From an uncultured Porphyromonadaceae bacterium (GTDB lineage Bacteria > Bacteroidota > Bacteroidia > Bacteroidales > UBA12481): a stretch of 64,000 nucleotides of DNA. The position numbers and the translations under genes were made by a program. The notes beneath the pieces were generated by a model. The model saw nothing but the letters and a program-made list of their open reading frames with translations, searched no databases and had not been told where the DNA came from. Positions within the stretch are counted from its first letter, which is position 1. Every line of letters starts with the position of its first letter. Positions 26,129 through 36,863 of this stretch are shown piece by piece. The stretch spans positions 239 through 64,238 of the forward strand of contig CAZJNQ010000008.1 in the NCBI GenBank assembly GCA_964547475.1, given 5' to 3'.

Positions 26129-28069
26129 ATGAGCTTTCTGCAATTTGATAAAACTCAATTAATTAACCTCGAGTACAGCCTGTCAAAGGAGATCATCCTG
26201 GCCAATCCGTCGGGCGCCTACGCAAGCTCAACCATTGTCGGTTGCAATACCAGGAAATACCATGGACTGCTGATAGCTCCGGTTGATGAGATAGACGGTG
26301 GCAGGCATGTCTTCCTGTCTTCCCTCGATGAAACCATCCTTCAGCATGACCAGGAGTTTCATCTGGGGATCCACCGCTATCCGGGAGAATATCATCCTAA
26401 AGGACATAAGTATGCCCGCTGGTTTGAAATGGATCCGATCTGGAAACTGGTTTACCGGGTGGGTGGGGTAGTCCTGCATAAAGACATTATTCTCGATGAA
26501 AAGGATCCTCGTGTCTATATCCGTTATATTCTCCAGGAAGCCCACAGTGCGACTGATATCAGGATCAAACCGTTCCTGGCATTCCGTAACATTCACAAAC
26601 TCAGCAAGGCCAACCTGCTGGTGAACCCAAAGGTGGAAGCCTGCCGGAATGGGATCTCCATGAAGCTCTATTCGGGTTATCCCAGGCTCTACATGCAGGC
26701 TTCACGGGCTTTGGAGTTTGTGCCGGCTCCCGATTGGTATCTGAACATTGAATACCTGAAGGAGCAGCGCCGGGGATATGATTTTCATGAAGATCTTTTT
26801 GTGCCGGGATTTTTTCAGACCCGGATAAAAACCGGGGAAAGCATTGTCCTGTCAGCGGGACTGGAAGAAGTGGCTCCGGCGGGAATTAAAAGACGGTTTG
26901 TTGCCCAGGTGGCAAAGGTACCCCTCAGGCATACCTTTGAGGAAGTTCTGGCTTACACCGCCCGCTCCTTCCTGATCTTGCCGGGTGGAGAGCCGGAAAT
27001 TGTTTCAGGTTACCACTGGCTTGGAGCCTGGGGTCGTAATTGCTGGATTGCATTGCCCGGATTGACTCTCGCTACCGGCCATCCGGAAAGCTTCGAAACC
27101 ATTGCCAGATCTCTCACCAAAAGGCTGCGGAAAGGTCTCTTCCCCAATCATTCACCCGACCGGAACAAACCGATCTACCGGAATGTTGATGGCTCACTCT
27201 GGATGATCTGGGCCCTTAACCAGTTTGTGAAAGACCAGAATAATGCCTTGCATGTGTGGGAAGTGTTCGGAAAATCCATCCGGGAAGTTCTGAATGCATA
27301 CAGGGATGGGATCAATCCGGGAATTCATATGCAGGAAGACGGACTGTTGTTTGCCTATCTGCCCGACCTGGCATTGACCTGGATGAGCGCGTACGTTGAC
27401 GGAAAGCCTGTCACACAACGCCCGGGACTGGATGTTGAGATCAATGCACTTTGGTACAATGCGATCTGCTTCGCACTTGAATTGGCTGATGCGGCAGGGG
27501 ACAAGGGTTTCATCAAGCGATGGAAGACTTTACCTGTACTCATTCAAGCAAGCTTTACTACTCACTTTTGGGATCCGGAAAAGAATTACCTGGCAGACTA
27601 TGTCTTTAATGGTGAAACCCATTGGGATGTCAGGCCTAATCAATTGATCGCAGCTGCAGTTCCTCATTCACCCTTGACGGATGAACAGAAACACGCGGTT
27701 TTGGAATGTGTACAGTCTGAACTGCTGACCCCAAAAGGAATCCGAACCTTATCGCCCCGGCACGATGATTTTAAAGCCAGCTTTGAAGGAGATCCCGTAA
27801 GCCGGGATCTCGCTTACCATCAGGGGACTGTACGACCCTGGCTGCTGGGATTCTTCGGTGAATCCTGGTTAAACTTGTACGAGAAAAGCGGCAAGCATTT
27901 TATTCAAGCCTTGATCCGGAACTTCGAGGAGGACCTGTTTGAACACGGTCTTGGCACTCTTTCGGAGGTGTATGACGGCAGCCTGCCACATGCGCCTTGC
28001 GGAGCCGTTTCTTCTGCAGCAAGTGTTGCTGAAATTCTACGATTAATCTATCTGTTGAAGAAATATTAG
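26129..28069 (+). CDS. Glycogen debranching enzyme (amylo-alpha-1,6-glucosidase, GH133-like)
   Basis: NTRKYHGLL, GYHWLGAWGR, LTWM, VEINALWYNA, RPNQ, YHQGTV. Confidence 0.9.
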   Translation: MSFLQFDKTQLINLEYSLSKEIILANPSGAYASSTIVGCNTRKYHGLLIAPVDEIDGGRHVFLSSLDETILQHDQEFHLGIHRYPGEYHPKGHKYARWFEMDPIWKLVYRVGGVVLHKDIILDEKDPRVYIRYILQEAHSATDIRIKPFLAFRNIHKLSKANLLVNPKVEACRNGISMKLYSGYPRLYMQASRALEFVPAPDWYLNIEYLKEQRRGYDFHEDLFVPGFFQTRIKTGESIVLSAGLEEVAPAGIKRRFVAQVAKVPLRHTFEEVLAYTARSFLILPGGEPEIVSGYHWLGAWGRNCWIALPGLTLATGHPESFETIARSLTKRLRKGLFPNHSPDRNKPIYRNVDGSLWMIWALNQFVKDQNNALHVWEVFGKSIREVLNAYRDGINPGIHMQEDGLLFAYLPDLALTWMSAYVDGKPVTQRPGLDVEINALWYNAICFALELADAAGDKGFIKRWKTLPVLIQASFTTHFWDPEKNYLADYVFNGETHWDVRPNQLIAAAVPHSPLTDEQKHAVLECVQSELLTPKGIRTLSPRHDDFKASFEGDPVSRDLAYHQGTVRPWLLGFFGESWLNLYEKSGKHFIQALIRNFEEDLFEHGLGTLSEVYDGSLPHAPCGAVSSAASVAEILRLIYLLKKY

Positions 28070-28074
28070 CCACT

Positions 28075-29442
28075 ATGCGCGTATTGATGTTTGGGTGGGA
28101 GTTTCCTCCGCATATCAGCGGAGGTTTGGGAACAGCTTGTTACGGTCTTACGCAGGGACTGGCCTATCACGGAGTGGATGTCATTTTTGTTGTGCCGAAA
28201 GCTTATGGCGATGAGGATCAGAGTTCGCTCAAGCTGTTGGGCGCTTCACAGATACCGATCAGGAAAAGAAACTATCAGTTCAAAACCTCAGGTATACCAT
28301 CAGAAGACCAGTCAAGCCCGGAAATGGTTCAGGAAATGCTCTACATCGAGATCGGATCCGGGCTCGTTCCTTACCTTTCACCGGAAGAGTTCGAGCAATA
28401 CATCAAAGATCGCCTTCTGGCTGGAGATACATACTGGTCAGGCAAATTCCGTCAGGTAACCCCCGAATCTTCGGAATATACGGAGATCATGGGCACGATT
28501 GATTTTACAGGCCGTTACGGACCTGACCTGATGCAGGAAGTTTCTAACTACTCCATCATAGCTGCCGAAATAGCGATTGAACAGGATTTCGACCTGATCC
28601 ATGCTCATGACTGGTTGACTTATCCGGCAGGAATAGCCGCCAAAAATGTCAGCGGGAAGCCTCTCATTGTGCACGTTCATGCCACGGAGTTTGACCGGTC
28701 AGGAGAAAACTACAACACGATTGTTTACGACATCGAAAAATCAGGCATGATGGCTGCGGACCTGGTGGTTACCGTCAGCAACCTTACGCGTAGCATAGTA
28801 ATTAACCGGTATGGCATTGATCCTGGAAAAGTTGTTACCGTTTATAATGCCGTTGAGTCAGACCGGGATAAAGAACCGGCTCAGGTTAAAAAGAATTTCG
28901 ACGAGAAGGTTGTTACTTTTTTAGGCAGGATCACTTACCAGAAAGGTCCGGAATACTTTATGGATGCTGCAAACAAGGTCCTGAAGCATACCGATAATGT
29001 CCGGTTCGTGATGGCGGGCAGCGGTGATCTCCTGAGGAAAATGATCCGCTATGCCGCCCGGCTGGGGATCATGGAAAAATTTCATTTCACCGATTTTCTT
29101 AAAGGTCAGGAAGTGGACTATATGTTCGCCCTGAGCGATGTCTATGTAATGCCATCCGTATCGGAACCCTTCGGGATCAGCCCGCTGGAAGCCATGCGCT
29201 CCAATGTGCCGGTGATCATTTCAAAACAATCGGGTGTTTCAGAGATACTGAAGCATGCGATTAAAATCGATTTCTGGGATGTGGATGCCATGGCGGATGC
29301 CATCCATGGACTGATTACCTATAATGGCCTCTCCTCCATGTTTCAGGAATACGGCAAGGGAGAGGTCGAAAACCTGAAATGGGAGAAATCAGCCCTTGAA
29401 CTTAAGAACCATTACTTAAATCTTCTGAATTCAACCAGTTAA
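28075..29442 (+). CDS. GT4-family glycosyltransferase (glycogen-related)
   Basis: GWEFPPHISGGLG, IHAHDW, HVHATE, MPSVSEPFGISPLEA. Confidence 0.9.
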   Translation: MRVLMFGWEFPPHISGGLGTACYGLTQGLAYHGVDVIFVVPKAYGDEDQSSLKLLGASQIPIRKRNYQFKTSGIPSEDQSSPEMVQEMLYIEIGSGLVPYLSPEEFEQYIKDRLLAGDTYWSGKFRQVTPESSEYTEIMGTIDFTGRYGPDLMQEVSNYSIIAAEIAIEQDFDLIHAHDWLTYPAGIAAKNVSGKPLIVHVHATEFDRSGENYNTIVYDIEKSGMMAADLVVTVSNLTRSIVINRYGIDPGKVVTVYNAVESDRDKEPAQVKKNFDEKVVTFLGRITYQKGPEYFMDAANKVLKHTDNVRFVMAGSGDLLRKMIRYAARLGIMEKFHFTDFLKGQEVDYMFALSDVYVMPSVSEPFGISPLEAMRSNVPVIISKQSGVSEILKHAIKIDFWDVDAMADAIHGLITYNGLSSMFQEYGKGEVENLKWEKSALELKNHYLNLLNSTS

Positions 29443-29447
29443 CCGTC

Positions 29448-30842
29448 ATGAAAAAGATCTGTTTCTACTTTCAGGTTCACCAACCGTTTCGCCTCAAGCG
29501 CTATCGTTTTTTTGACGTAGGCAACGATCATTATTATTATGACGACTATCTCAATAAACATATTCTGAAGAAGGTGGCCAACCGTTGTTATATACCCACC
29601 AATGAATTGCTTTATAGCCTTTTAACAGAATTTAAGGATCAGTTTAAGGTGACTTTCTCCATGACCGGGCTTTTTCTTGACCAACTGGAATTATATGCAC
29701 CCGATGTTATAAAGAGTTTCCAGAAACTGGCTTCCACCGGCTCGGTTGAGTTCCTCTCGGAGACTTATTCACATTCACTGGTATCGCAGGCCAGCCAGGA
29801 GGAGTTTGTGGACCAGGTCAATTTGCACCGGAGCCGGATTGAGTCTGTGTTTGGCCTTACTCCAACTGTTTTCCGCAATACGGAATTGGTGTATTCCGAT
29901 GCCACCGGTGAAGCAGTGGCTAAGATGGGTTATCAGGCCATGATTGGAGAAGGGGCCAAACATGTCCTGGGATGGAAAAGTCCTAACTTTCTCTATTACA
30001 ATGTACTTAATCCCAAACTTAAAGTGCTGCTGAGAAATTATAAGCTCAGTGACGATCTTGCTTTCCGTTTTTCCAACCGCTCCTGGTCGGAATGGCCGCT
30101 TAAGGCTGAGAAGTATATCGGCTGGATCAAGGCCACACCCAAAGGTGAGGAATTCATCAACCTTTTCATGGACTATGAAACCTTCGGCGAACATCAACCC
30201 CTTGAATCAGGTATCCACCAGTTCCTGGAAGCGATGGTCCGGCAGGTGGTCAAGGATCGCAACCTGTGTTTTTGCACTCCTTCAGAATTGGCACGCGAAT
30301 ATCAGCCTGTAGCTCCATTATCGGTTCCTTATCCCAGTTCCTGGGCTGATGAGGAGAGAGATCTGTCGGCCTGGCTGGGCAATGAAATGCAAAAGGAAGC
30401 CTTTAACAAGCTGTATTCCCTCAGAACCCTGGTCCTTCAGGCACAAGACCAGGCGCTCACAAAAGACTGGGCTTATCTGCAAGCCAGCGATCATTTCTAT
30501 TACATGTCAACCAAATTTTTTACTGACCAGGCTGTTCACAATTACTTCAACCCCTATAACAGTCCCTATGATGCCTTTATCAATTACATGAATATCCTGA
30601 GTGATTTCATTATCCGCCTGGAGAAAAAAACCAAAAGAGTGCGTTACAAGGGAATCCCCCTGGAGGAACTCGCAGGGCAGAATCTGGATGAAGCGATCGG
30701 AGCTTATGAGAATATTCTCAAACAATTAAGAAAGAAAAGGAATACTACTGCCAAATCAGCCGGACGTCAAGATCCTGTAAGTACCAAACTGCCCGACAAG
30801 GCAACCAAAACAACCCGGGCAGGTAAAAAGGGAAAAAATTAG
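29448..30842 (+). CDS. GH57 glycoside hydrolase (alpha-amylase type)
   Basis: FQVHQP, ETYSHSL, FRNTEL (nucleophile), FMDYETFGEH (acid/base), SWAD, SDHFYYM. Confidence 0.92.
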   Translation: MKKICFYFQVHQPFRLKRYRFFDVGNDHYYYDDYLNKHILKKVANRCYIPTNELLYSLLTEFKDQFKVTFSMTGLFLDQLELYAPDVIKSFQKLASTGSVEFLSETYSHSLVSQASQEEFVDQVNLHRSRIESVFGLTPTVFRNTELVYSDATGEAVAKMGYQAMIGEGAKHVLGWKSPNFLYYNVLNPKLKVLLRNYKLSDDLAFRFSNRSWSEWPLKAEKYIGWIKATPKGEEFINLFMDYETFGEHQPLESGIHQFLEAMVRQVVKDRNLCFCTPSELAREYQPVAPLSVPYPSSWADEERDLSAWLGNEMQKEAFNKLYSLRTLVLQAQDQALTKDWAYLQASDHFYYMSTKFFTDQAVHNYFNPYNSPYDAFINYMNILSDFIIRLEKKTKRVRYKGIPLEELAGQNLDEAIGAYENILKQLRKKRNTTAKSAGRQDPVSTKLPDKATKTTRAGKKGKN

Positions 30843-30873
30843 TTAATTCGTGCTGTTTTTTTGAAAGGAAATT

Positions 30874-33800
30874 ATGAGGGAAAACGGATCGCCCAAGCTT
30901 CCGGATATGGTCTTCGAAGTCAGCTGGGAGGTATGTAATAAAATCGGTGGAATTCATACCGTCTTGACCTCCAAGAATAGTGAATCCCAAAAAGCTTATG
31001 ACGGCCAGTATGTATACATTGGTCCGGATACCTGGCGTGAGGAACATGAAAATCCTGAATTTACGGAAGATCAGTCTCTGTTCGCAGGCTGGAAGCAACA
31101 TGCCGTCCAGCTTGGGCTCAATTTCCGCATAGGGAACTGGAACATTCCGGGTTCACCCCTGGTGATCATGATCGACTTCACTTCTTTGATTGGGAAGAAG
31201 GATGAAATATTCAGCAAGGCCTGGGAAGATTACAAGCTTGATTCCATTACTGGCGACTGGGATTATGTCGAAGCTTCACTTTTCGGTTATGCCGCCGGAA
31301 TGCTGATCAGGAATTTCAGCGAATATCACCGGTACAGGAATGTGATCGCTCATTTTCATGAGTGGATGACCGGCATGGGTGTGCTTTATCTTGAAAAGGA
31401 GGCTCCTTACATAGCTTCAGTTTTCACCACTCATGCAACGACGGTAGGACGTTCAATAGCCGGTAACGGTATGCAGTTGTACGAGCACCTCCAGGAGTAC
31501 TCCGGTGATGAAACAGCCGCCCGGTTAAATGTAAGGGCAAAGCACTCGATGGAGAAGAATGCGGCACTCGCTGCGGATGTTTTTACTACTGTAAGCGGTA
31601 TTACGGCTGAAGAATGCAAGCAATTGCTCGGAAAATCTCCTGATTACCTGACGCCTAACGGTTTTGATACGGCCAGTATCCCGGATCGTGGCAAGCTTGA
31701 ATCAGACCGTCTGGCTGCCAGAAAAAAAATGATTGCTATTGCCGAGGCAGTGACCGGGAATCATTACCCCGAAACTGTTTTTATGATAGCGACGAGCGGC
31801 CGGTACGAATTCAGGAACAAAGGATTTGATATTTTCATCCGTTCACTGGCCGAACTCGAAAAAACCACGGAAATCCGGCGACCCGTCCTCGCCTTTATCC
31901 TGGTCCCAGCTTATAATTACGGCCCACGCAACAGCGTTTTGCAGCGCGTCAAGCATGAATCAGCCGAAATTAAAGGTTCCTTGCACCTGACCCATAACTT
32001 GCATGATGCATCTGTTGATCCTATACTGAAGCTGATCGGCGAGGTCGGTCTGGATAACGGTTCCCAAAAAAAGGTAAATGTCCTGTTCATTCCCTGTTAC
32101 CTCAACGGGCAGGACGGGATCCTCAACATGACCTATTATGAGGTTATAACAGGAATGGATTACACCCTCTTCCCATCCTATTATGAACCTTGGGGTTATA
32201 CTCCTATAGAGAGCCTGGCCTGCGGTGTGCCGACAATTACCACTGATCAGTCAGGATGTGGATTATGGTTTCAATCCTTTAAATCTGATTTTCCTCAGCT
32301 ACCGGTAGCCATTGCTCCCAGGAAAAACCATTCTGATGAGGAACTCGTTTCCTGGATCAGTTCGACTATCGTAAAGGTGATTCCGGTTATCGAAAGCCGG
32401 CGTGACAAGATTCGGGAATTATCCCAGGATTGGTCCCAAAAAGCCGCATGGGATTTATTCTACCAATCTTACAGGGAGGCTTATGCATCAGCCTTGGCCA
32501 GCGTCAGCCAGATTGACCGTCCGGAACCGGAATATTCAGGTGAAACGGTAGATACCGGCAGGGTCAGGGTGGCCAGGATCGAAGAACCGATCTGGAAAAA
32601 GATCGTTATTGAATCTGCTTTTCCCGAGAAACTCAGTGGCTTGGTGTCCCTTTCGAAGAACATCTGGTGGACCTGGAACATCGATGCTGAGAATCTGTTC
32701 CGTTCCATTGATCCCGATCTGTGGGAAAAGGCCGATCACAATCCAATAGTCTTGCTGAGGCACATTTCTTTAAGCCGCCTGATCAGCCTGGAAAAGGATA
32801 AGCATTTCACCCAACGCTACGGGGAAGTTCTTGGCAGATTTGAAGATTACATTCAACAGCCGCCCGATTCGTCGCAACCCTCAGTTGCTTATTTCAGCAT
32901 GGAATTTGGTTTTCATTCAAGCCTGAAAATCTATTCGGGAGGCTTGGGTATCCTTGCTGGAGATTACCTGAAGGAAGCCAGCGACCGAAACATGCCCATG
33001 ACCGGCATCGGGCTGTTGTACAGGTATGGATATTTCCGGCAAGTTCTTACCATCAACGGTGAACAGATCGCAGAGGACATTCCTGAACAGTTCTCTGATC
33101 TTCCTATTGAACCGGTCATGGATGCAGAGGGGAACTGGATGGAGGTTCAAATCGCCCTGCCAGGCAGGATTCTTCATGTCAGGTTATGGAAATGCATGGT
33201 CGGGAGGATTTCGCTCTATCTTCTCGATACAGACTTCGAGGCCAATCAGCCTTCTGATCAATCTGTTACCTATCACCTCTACGGTGGAGACGAAGAGAAC
33301 CGGTTGAAACAGGAAATGGTGCTGGGTGTGGGAGGCATCCGGATACTTGTACGATTGGGGCTTACTCCGGATATTTATCATTGCAATGAAGGGCATTCCG
33401 CCTTTATTGGCCTGGAAAGGATCCGAAGGTTGATGGAAATTAAACGGTTCACCTTCGATGAATCCCTGGAGGTTGTCAGGGCATCAACCCTGTTCACCAC
33501 CCATACGCCGGTTCCGGCAGGCCACGATACCTTTTCGGAGGCAATGATCCGCACCTACATGAGCCATTACCCCGAACGGCTGAACATTAATTGGGATGAT
33601 TTTATCAATCTGGGACGCATTGAACCCGGAAATGTTCAGGAAAGGTTTTCGATGTCCCACCTGGCTTCTCGCTTGTCACAGGAAATTAATGCGGTCAGCA
33701 ATTTGCACGGAGAAGTAACCCGTAAGATTTTCCAGGATCTATGGAAAGGTTATTTCCCGGAAGAACTCCACGTAGGCTATGTGACCAATGGCGTTCATTA

Positions 33801-35121
33801 CCAGACCTGGGCAGCCGGGGAGTGGCAAAAGCTTTACCTTGATGCATTTGGGCGAGAATTTATTGAAAATCAATCAGATATAACTTACTGGGAGAGGATA
33901 CACGGTGTACCTGATGAAGAGATCTGGGCTATCCGCCAGTCGTTACGGGCGGTACTGATCAATTACATCCGGCAACGGCTCGAAAAGGTTTCAATCAGGC
34001 GCCATGAGCCCCCGAAGCAAATCCTTGAAATCAACCAGAGATTGAATCCGAATACCTTGACGATCGGTTTTGCCCGACGTTTTGCCACTTATAAAAGGGC
34101 ACACCTGATATTCAGGGATTTGGAACGGTTAGCTAAAATTGTCAATCATCCGGAAAGGCCCGTTCAGTTTATTTTTGCAGGCAAGGCCCATCCCAGGGAC
34201 AAAGCCGGCCAGGACCTGATCCGGTACATTGTCGAAATATCCAGAAAACCGGAATTCAGGGGAAGGATAGTTTTTCTTGAAAACTACGACATGACAGTGG
34301 CCCGGAAGCTGGTGCAGGGGGTTGATGTCTGGCTGAACACTCCGACGAGGCCGCTGGAAGCTTCAGGCACAAGCGGGATGAAAGCTGCCATGAACGGCGT
34401 GCTGAATTTCAGTGTCCTGGACGGTTGGTGGTGTGAGGGCTATAAACCAGAGGCCGGCTGGGCCTTGCAGGAAGAAAGGATATATGAGGACCAGAATTTC
34501 CAGGACGAACTGGACGTGACCATGATCTACAACCTGTTGGAAGAACAGATTGTACCCTTGTATTACAACAGAAACAAACAAGGTGTCCCGGAAGGCTGGA
34601 TCCGGTATGTTAAGAATGCCATTGCCCAGATAGCTCCCCATTTTACTACCCGGAGAATGATTGATGATTATTCCGAAAGGTTTTACCGGAAGTTGAAGGA
34701 GCGCTGCAGCGACATTAAAACCAATAATTACCACCTGGCCCGTGAAATAACGCGATGGAAAAAGCGGGTTTCATCTCTCTGGGATTCCATTGAAGTGATC
34801 GAAACCAAATACTCCATGGACCTGTCCAAGCCTCTGCCGATGGGCGAGAAACTTACCGGTGAGGTTATTCTTAAGCTGAACGGGCTGGCACCCGAGGATG
34901 TGGGTGTGGAATTGCTGGTAGTGACATCCTTGCCCAGCGGACAACAGCAGTTCCTGTACACCAAGGAGTTTACCAGGGCCGAAAAGCTGAACGGGCATAC
35001 AAGTTACCGGATTGCAGCTATTCCAACACAGCCAGGCGTTTTCAATTATTGTGTCCGTATTTACCCCAAGAATAACCTTTTACCTCACCGGCAGGATTTT
35101 GTTCTTCTCAAATGGGCATGA
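30874..35121 (+). CDS. glgP: Fused GT3 glycogen synthase + GT35 alpha-glucan phosphorylase
   Basis: N-half FEVSWEVCNKIGGIHTV, SGRYEFRNKG, SYYEPWGYTPIE; C-half YSGGLGILAGD, NEGH, ARRFATYKR, PLP motif EASGTSGMK; one uninterrupted 1415-aa frame. Confidence 0.93.
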   Translation: MRENGSPKLPDMVFEVSWEVCNKIGGIHTVLTSKNSESQKAYDGQYVYIGPDTWREEHENPEFTEDQSLFAGWKQHAVQLGLNFRIGNWNIPGSPLVIMIDFTSLIGKKDEIFSKAWEDYKLDSITGDWDYVEASLFGYAAGMLIRNFSEYHRYRNVIAHFHEWMTGMGVLYLEKEAPYIASVFTTHATTVGRSIAGNGMQLYEHLQEYSGDETAARLNVRAKHSMEKNAALAADVFTTVSGITAEECKQLLGKSPDYLTPNGFDTASIPDRGKLESDRLAARKKMIAIAEAVTGNHYPETVFMIATSGRYEFRNKGFDIFIRSLAELEKTTEIRRPVLAFILVPAYNYGPRNSVLQRVKHESAEIKGSLHLTHNLHDASVDPILKLIGEVGLDNGSQKKVNVLFIPCYLNGQDGILNMTYYEVITGMDYTLFPSYYEPWGYTPIESLACGVPTITTDQSGCGLWFQSFKSDFPQLPVAIAPRKNHSDEELVSWISSTIVKVIPVIESRRDKIRELSQDWSQKAAWDLFYQSYREAYASALASVSQIDRPEPEYSGETVDTGRVRVARIEEPIWKKIVIESAFPEKLSGLVSLSKNIWWTWNIDAENLFRSIDPDLWEKADHNPIVLLRHISLSRLISLEKDKHFTQRYGEVLGRFEDYIQQPPDSSQPSVAYFSMEFGFHSSLKIYSGGLGILAGDYLKEASDRNMPMTGIGLLYRYGYFRQVLTINGEQIAEDIPEQFSDLPIEPVMDAEGNWMEVQIALPGRILHVRLWKCMVGRISLYLLDTDFEANQPSDQSVTYHLYGGDEENRLKQEMVLGVGGIRILVRLGLTPDIYHCNEGHSAFIGLERIRRLMEIKRFTFDESLEVVRASTLFTTHTPVPAGHDTFSEAMIRTYMSHYPERLNINWDDFINLGRIEPGNVQERFSMSHLASRLSQEINAVSNLHGEVTRKIFQDLWKGYFPEELHVGYVTNGVHYQTWAAGEWQKLYLDAFGREFIENQSDITYWERIHGVPDEEIWAIRQSLRAVLINYIRQRLEKVSIRRHEPPKQILEINQRLNPNTLTIGFARRFATYKRAHLIFRDLERLAKIVNHPERPVQFIFAGKAHPRDKAGQDLIRYIVEISRKPEFRGRIVFLENYDMTVARKLVQGVDVWLNTPTRPLEASGTSGMKAAMNGVLNFSVLDGWWCEGYKPEAGWALQEERIYEDQNFQDELDVTMIYNLLEEQIVPLYYNRNKQGVPEGWIRYVKNAIAQIAPHFTTRRMIDDYSERFYRKLKERCSDIKTNNYHLAREITRWKKRVSSLWDSIEVIETKYSMDLSKPLPMGEKLTGEVILKLNGLAPEDVGVELLVVTSLPSGQQQFLYTKEFTRAEKLNGHTSYRIAAIPTQPGVFNYCVRIYPKNNLLPHRQDFVLLKWA

Positions 35122-35126
35122 GACCT

Positions 35127-36863
35127 TCAGGCGGGTAAAAAGCTCTGACAGATAACGTAACCGGCTTGATTGAGCTCCACTTTCACACCTCTCGTGGTTA
35201 TTTGAGAAATCAGCAGGTTTTGCGTTTCGCCGGGAAAACCGGGCAACGGACTGATAAGGATCCGCGAATCATCCGTGAATCCAAGAATTTCCAATGCATG
35301 AGCAGGGATCCGGATATTCAGGTTTCTGATCCGCCAATCAAAGCTGATGACAATCAGCCAGATTTTATATCCGCGGCTGCCGGCCTCGCCTCCCCGGACA
35401 TTTGCAGCATCCGGATGATAGCGGATAAAAGCATAGGTCCGGTCACTTTCCGGATTGTCCCCGTTAGCCCATGTAAGATCATAAAAAGCGCCATCCTTGG
35501 CGGGTGATTGGGAAGCAAGCCTGATCAGGGAAGAATATTCCCGTCGAAGGAGATATTGTTCCGGTGACAGAAAGGATCCATCGCATTTTCCTCCGGCATA
35601 CCATTTCTGGATTTCAGGCATGGTTGTATAGTCGAAAATGCTGGTCCGGCCATCATCACCGCTAAAACCCGCTGATCCGGTCGCAGGTTCTCCCACTTCC
35701 TGGCCCGAGTAAAGCAACAGGGGGCCTTTATTCATCAGGGCAGCCAGAGCCATGCCGGGCAATCCTTTCCGGGGATCACCCGCGAAATGGCTTGAAGCGA
35801 TCCGCTGTTCATCATGGTTTTCCAGGAATCGCAGCATCTTGGGATCCAGACCTTCAAGTGATTGCCAGATCCGGCTGATATTTTGAGTCGAACTTTGTCC
35901 GGTAATAACGGGCCGGAGGATATCGTAAAAGCCAGCCTTATCGTACAGGAAATCGAATCCGCCTGATTCAAGAAAATCACGGTATCGTTCAGGCTCATAC
36001 AGTTCGGCAATGAAAATGATTTCTTGATTTTGGGCCTTTATTCTCTGAATGGAATAGGCCCAGAATTCAACGGGAATCATACCCGCCATGTCGCAACGAA
36101 AGCCGTCAATGCCCTTGGCAACCCAAAACTGCAGGATATCTTTCATCTTGTTCCAGGTATCGGGTATCGGGTCAAAATGATTGGTATGATCGGAGAAATC
36201 GATTCCATAATTGATCTTTATGGTATCATACCAATCATTTACTGACGGATTTGAGTTAAAAACATCATTACCTGTCGCCTTGGCCGGACTCTCAGAATAA
36301 TTCCCGATCCTTAAGAATTGACCAGGGAGATAATAGAAGTTGTTGTCCCTTTTAAAAGAAACTGAAGGATCGTCCAAAGCACCAAGATCCAATACACCCT
36401 GGGGCTTTTGAACGGACCGGTAATCCCTCGACACATGATTGGGAATGAAATCGATAATCACCTTCAGCCCGTGGGAGTGGATCCGGTTCAGCAGGCTGTT
36501 AAACTCATCCATCCGGTCTGGAACCGAGATTGACAAGTCGGGGTCAATATCATAATAATCCGTAACCGCAAAAGGCGATCCGGCCTTTCCTTTTACAATA
36601 TCAGGAGAGCTGGATTTCAGGTTATTGTTCGGGTAGTCAGTTGTTGTGGCATGACGCAGAATTCCGGTAAGCCAGATATGGGTAATGCCATACTCGGACA
36701 GTTCTTCGATGACCCTGTTGGTCAAATCGTTAAACTTTCCACATCCGTTTTCCAGTATCGAACCATTATGGACAGGATCCCGCCGGTTATTGGTAAATAA
36801 CCTGGGCATAAGCTGGTAGATGATGATCCTGGAATTCATACCGGTCTGACTATCCCATTTCAA
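35127..36863 (-). CDS. GH13 alpha-amylase-family glycosidase
   Basis: DFIPNH, DGFRCDMA, FIAELY, FLENHDE. Confidence 0.9.
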   Translation of the reverse strand: MKWDSQTGMNSRIIIYQLMPRLFTNNRRDPVHNGSILENGCGKFNDLTNRVIEELSEYGITHIWLTGILRHATTTDYPNNNLKSSSPDIVKGKAGSPFAVTDYYDIDPDLSISVPDRMDEFNSLLNRIHSHGLKVIIDFIPNHVSRDYRSVQKPQGVLDLGALDDPSVSFKRDNNFYYLPGQFLRIGNYSESPAKATGNDVFNSNPSVNDWYDTIKINYGIDFSDHTNHFDPIPDTWNKMKDILQFWVAKGIDGFRCDMAGMIPVEFWAYSIQRIKAQNQEIIFIAELYEPERYRDFLESGGFDFLYDKAGFYDILRPVITGQSSTQNISRIWQSLEGLDPKMLRFLENHDEQRIASSHFAGDPRKGLPGMALAALMNKGPLLLYSGQEVGEPATGSAGFSGDDGRTSIFDYTTMPEIQKWYAGGKCDGSFLSPEQYLLRREYSSLIRLASQSPAKDGAFYDLTWANGDNPESDRTYAFIRYHPDAANVRGGEAGSRGYKIWLIVISFDWRIRNLNIRIPAHALEILGFTDDSRILISPLPGFPGETQNLLISQITTRGVKVELNQAGYVICQSFLPA

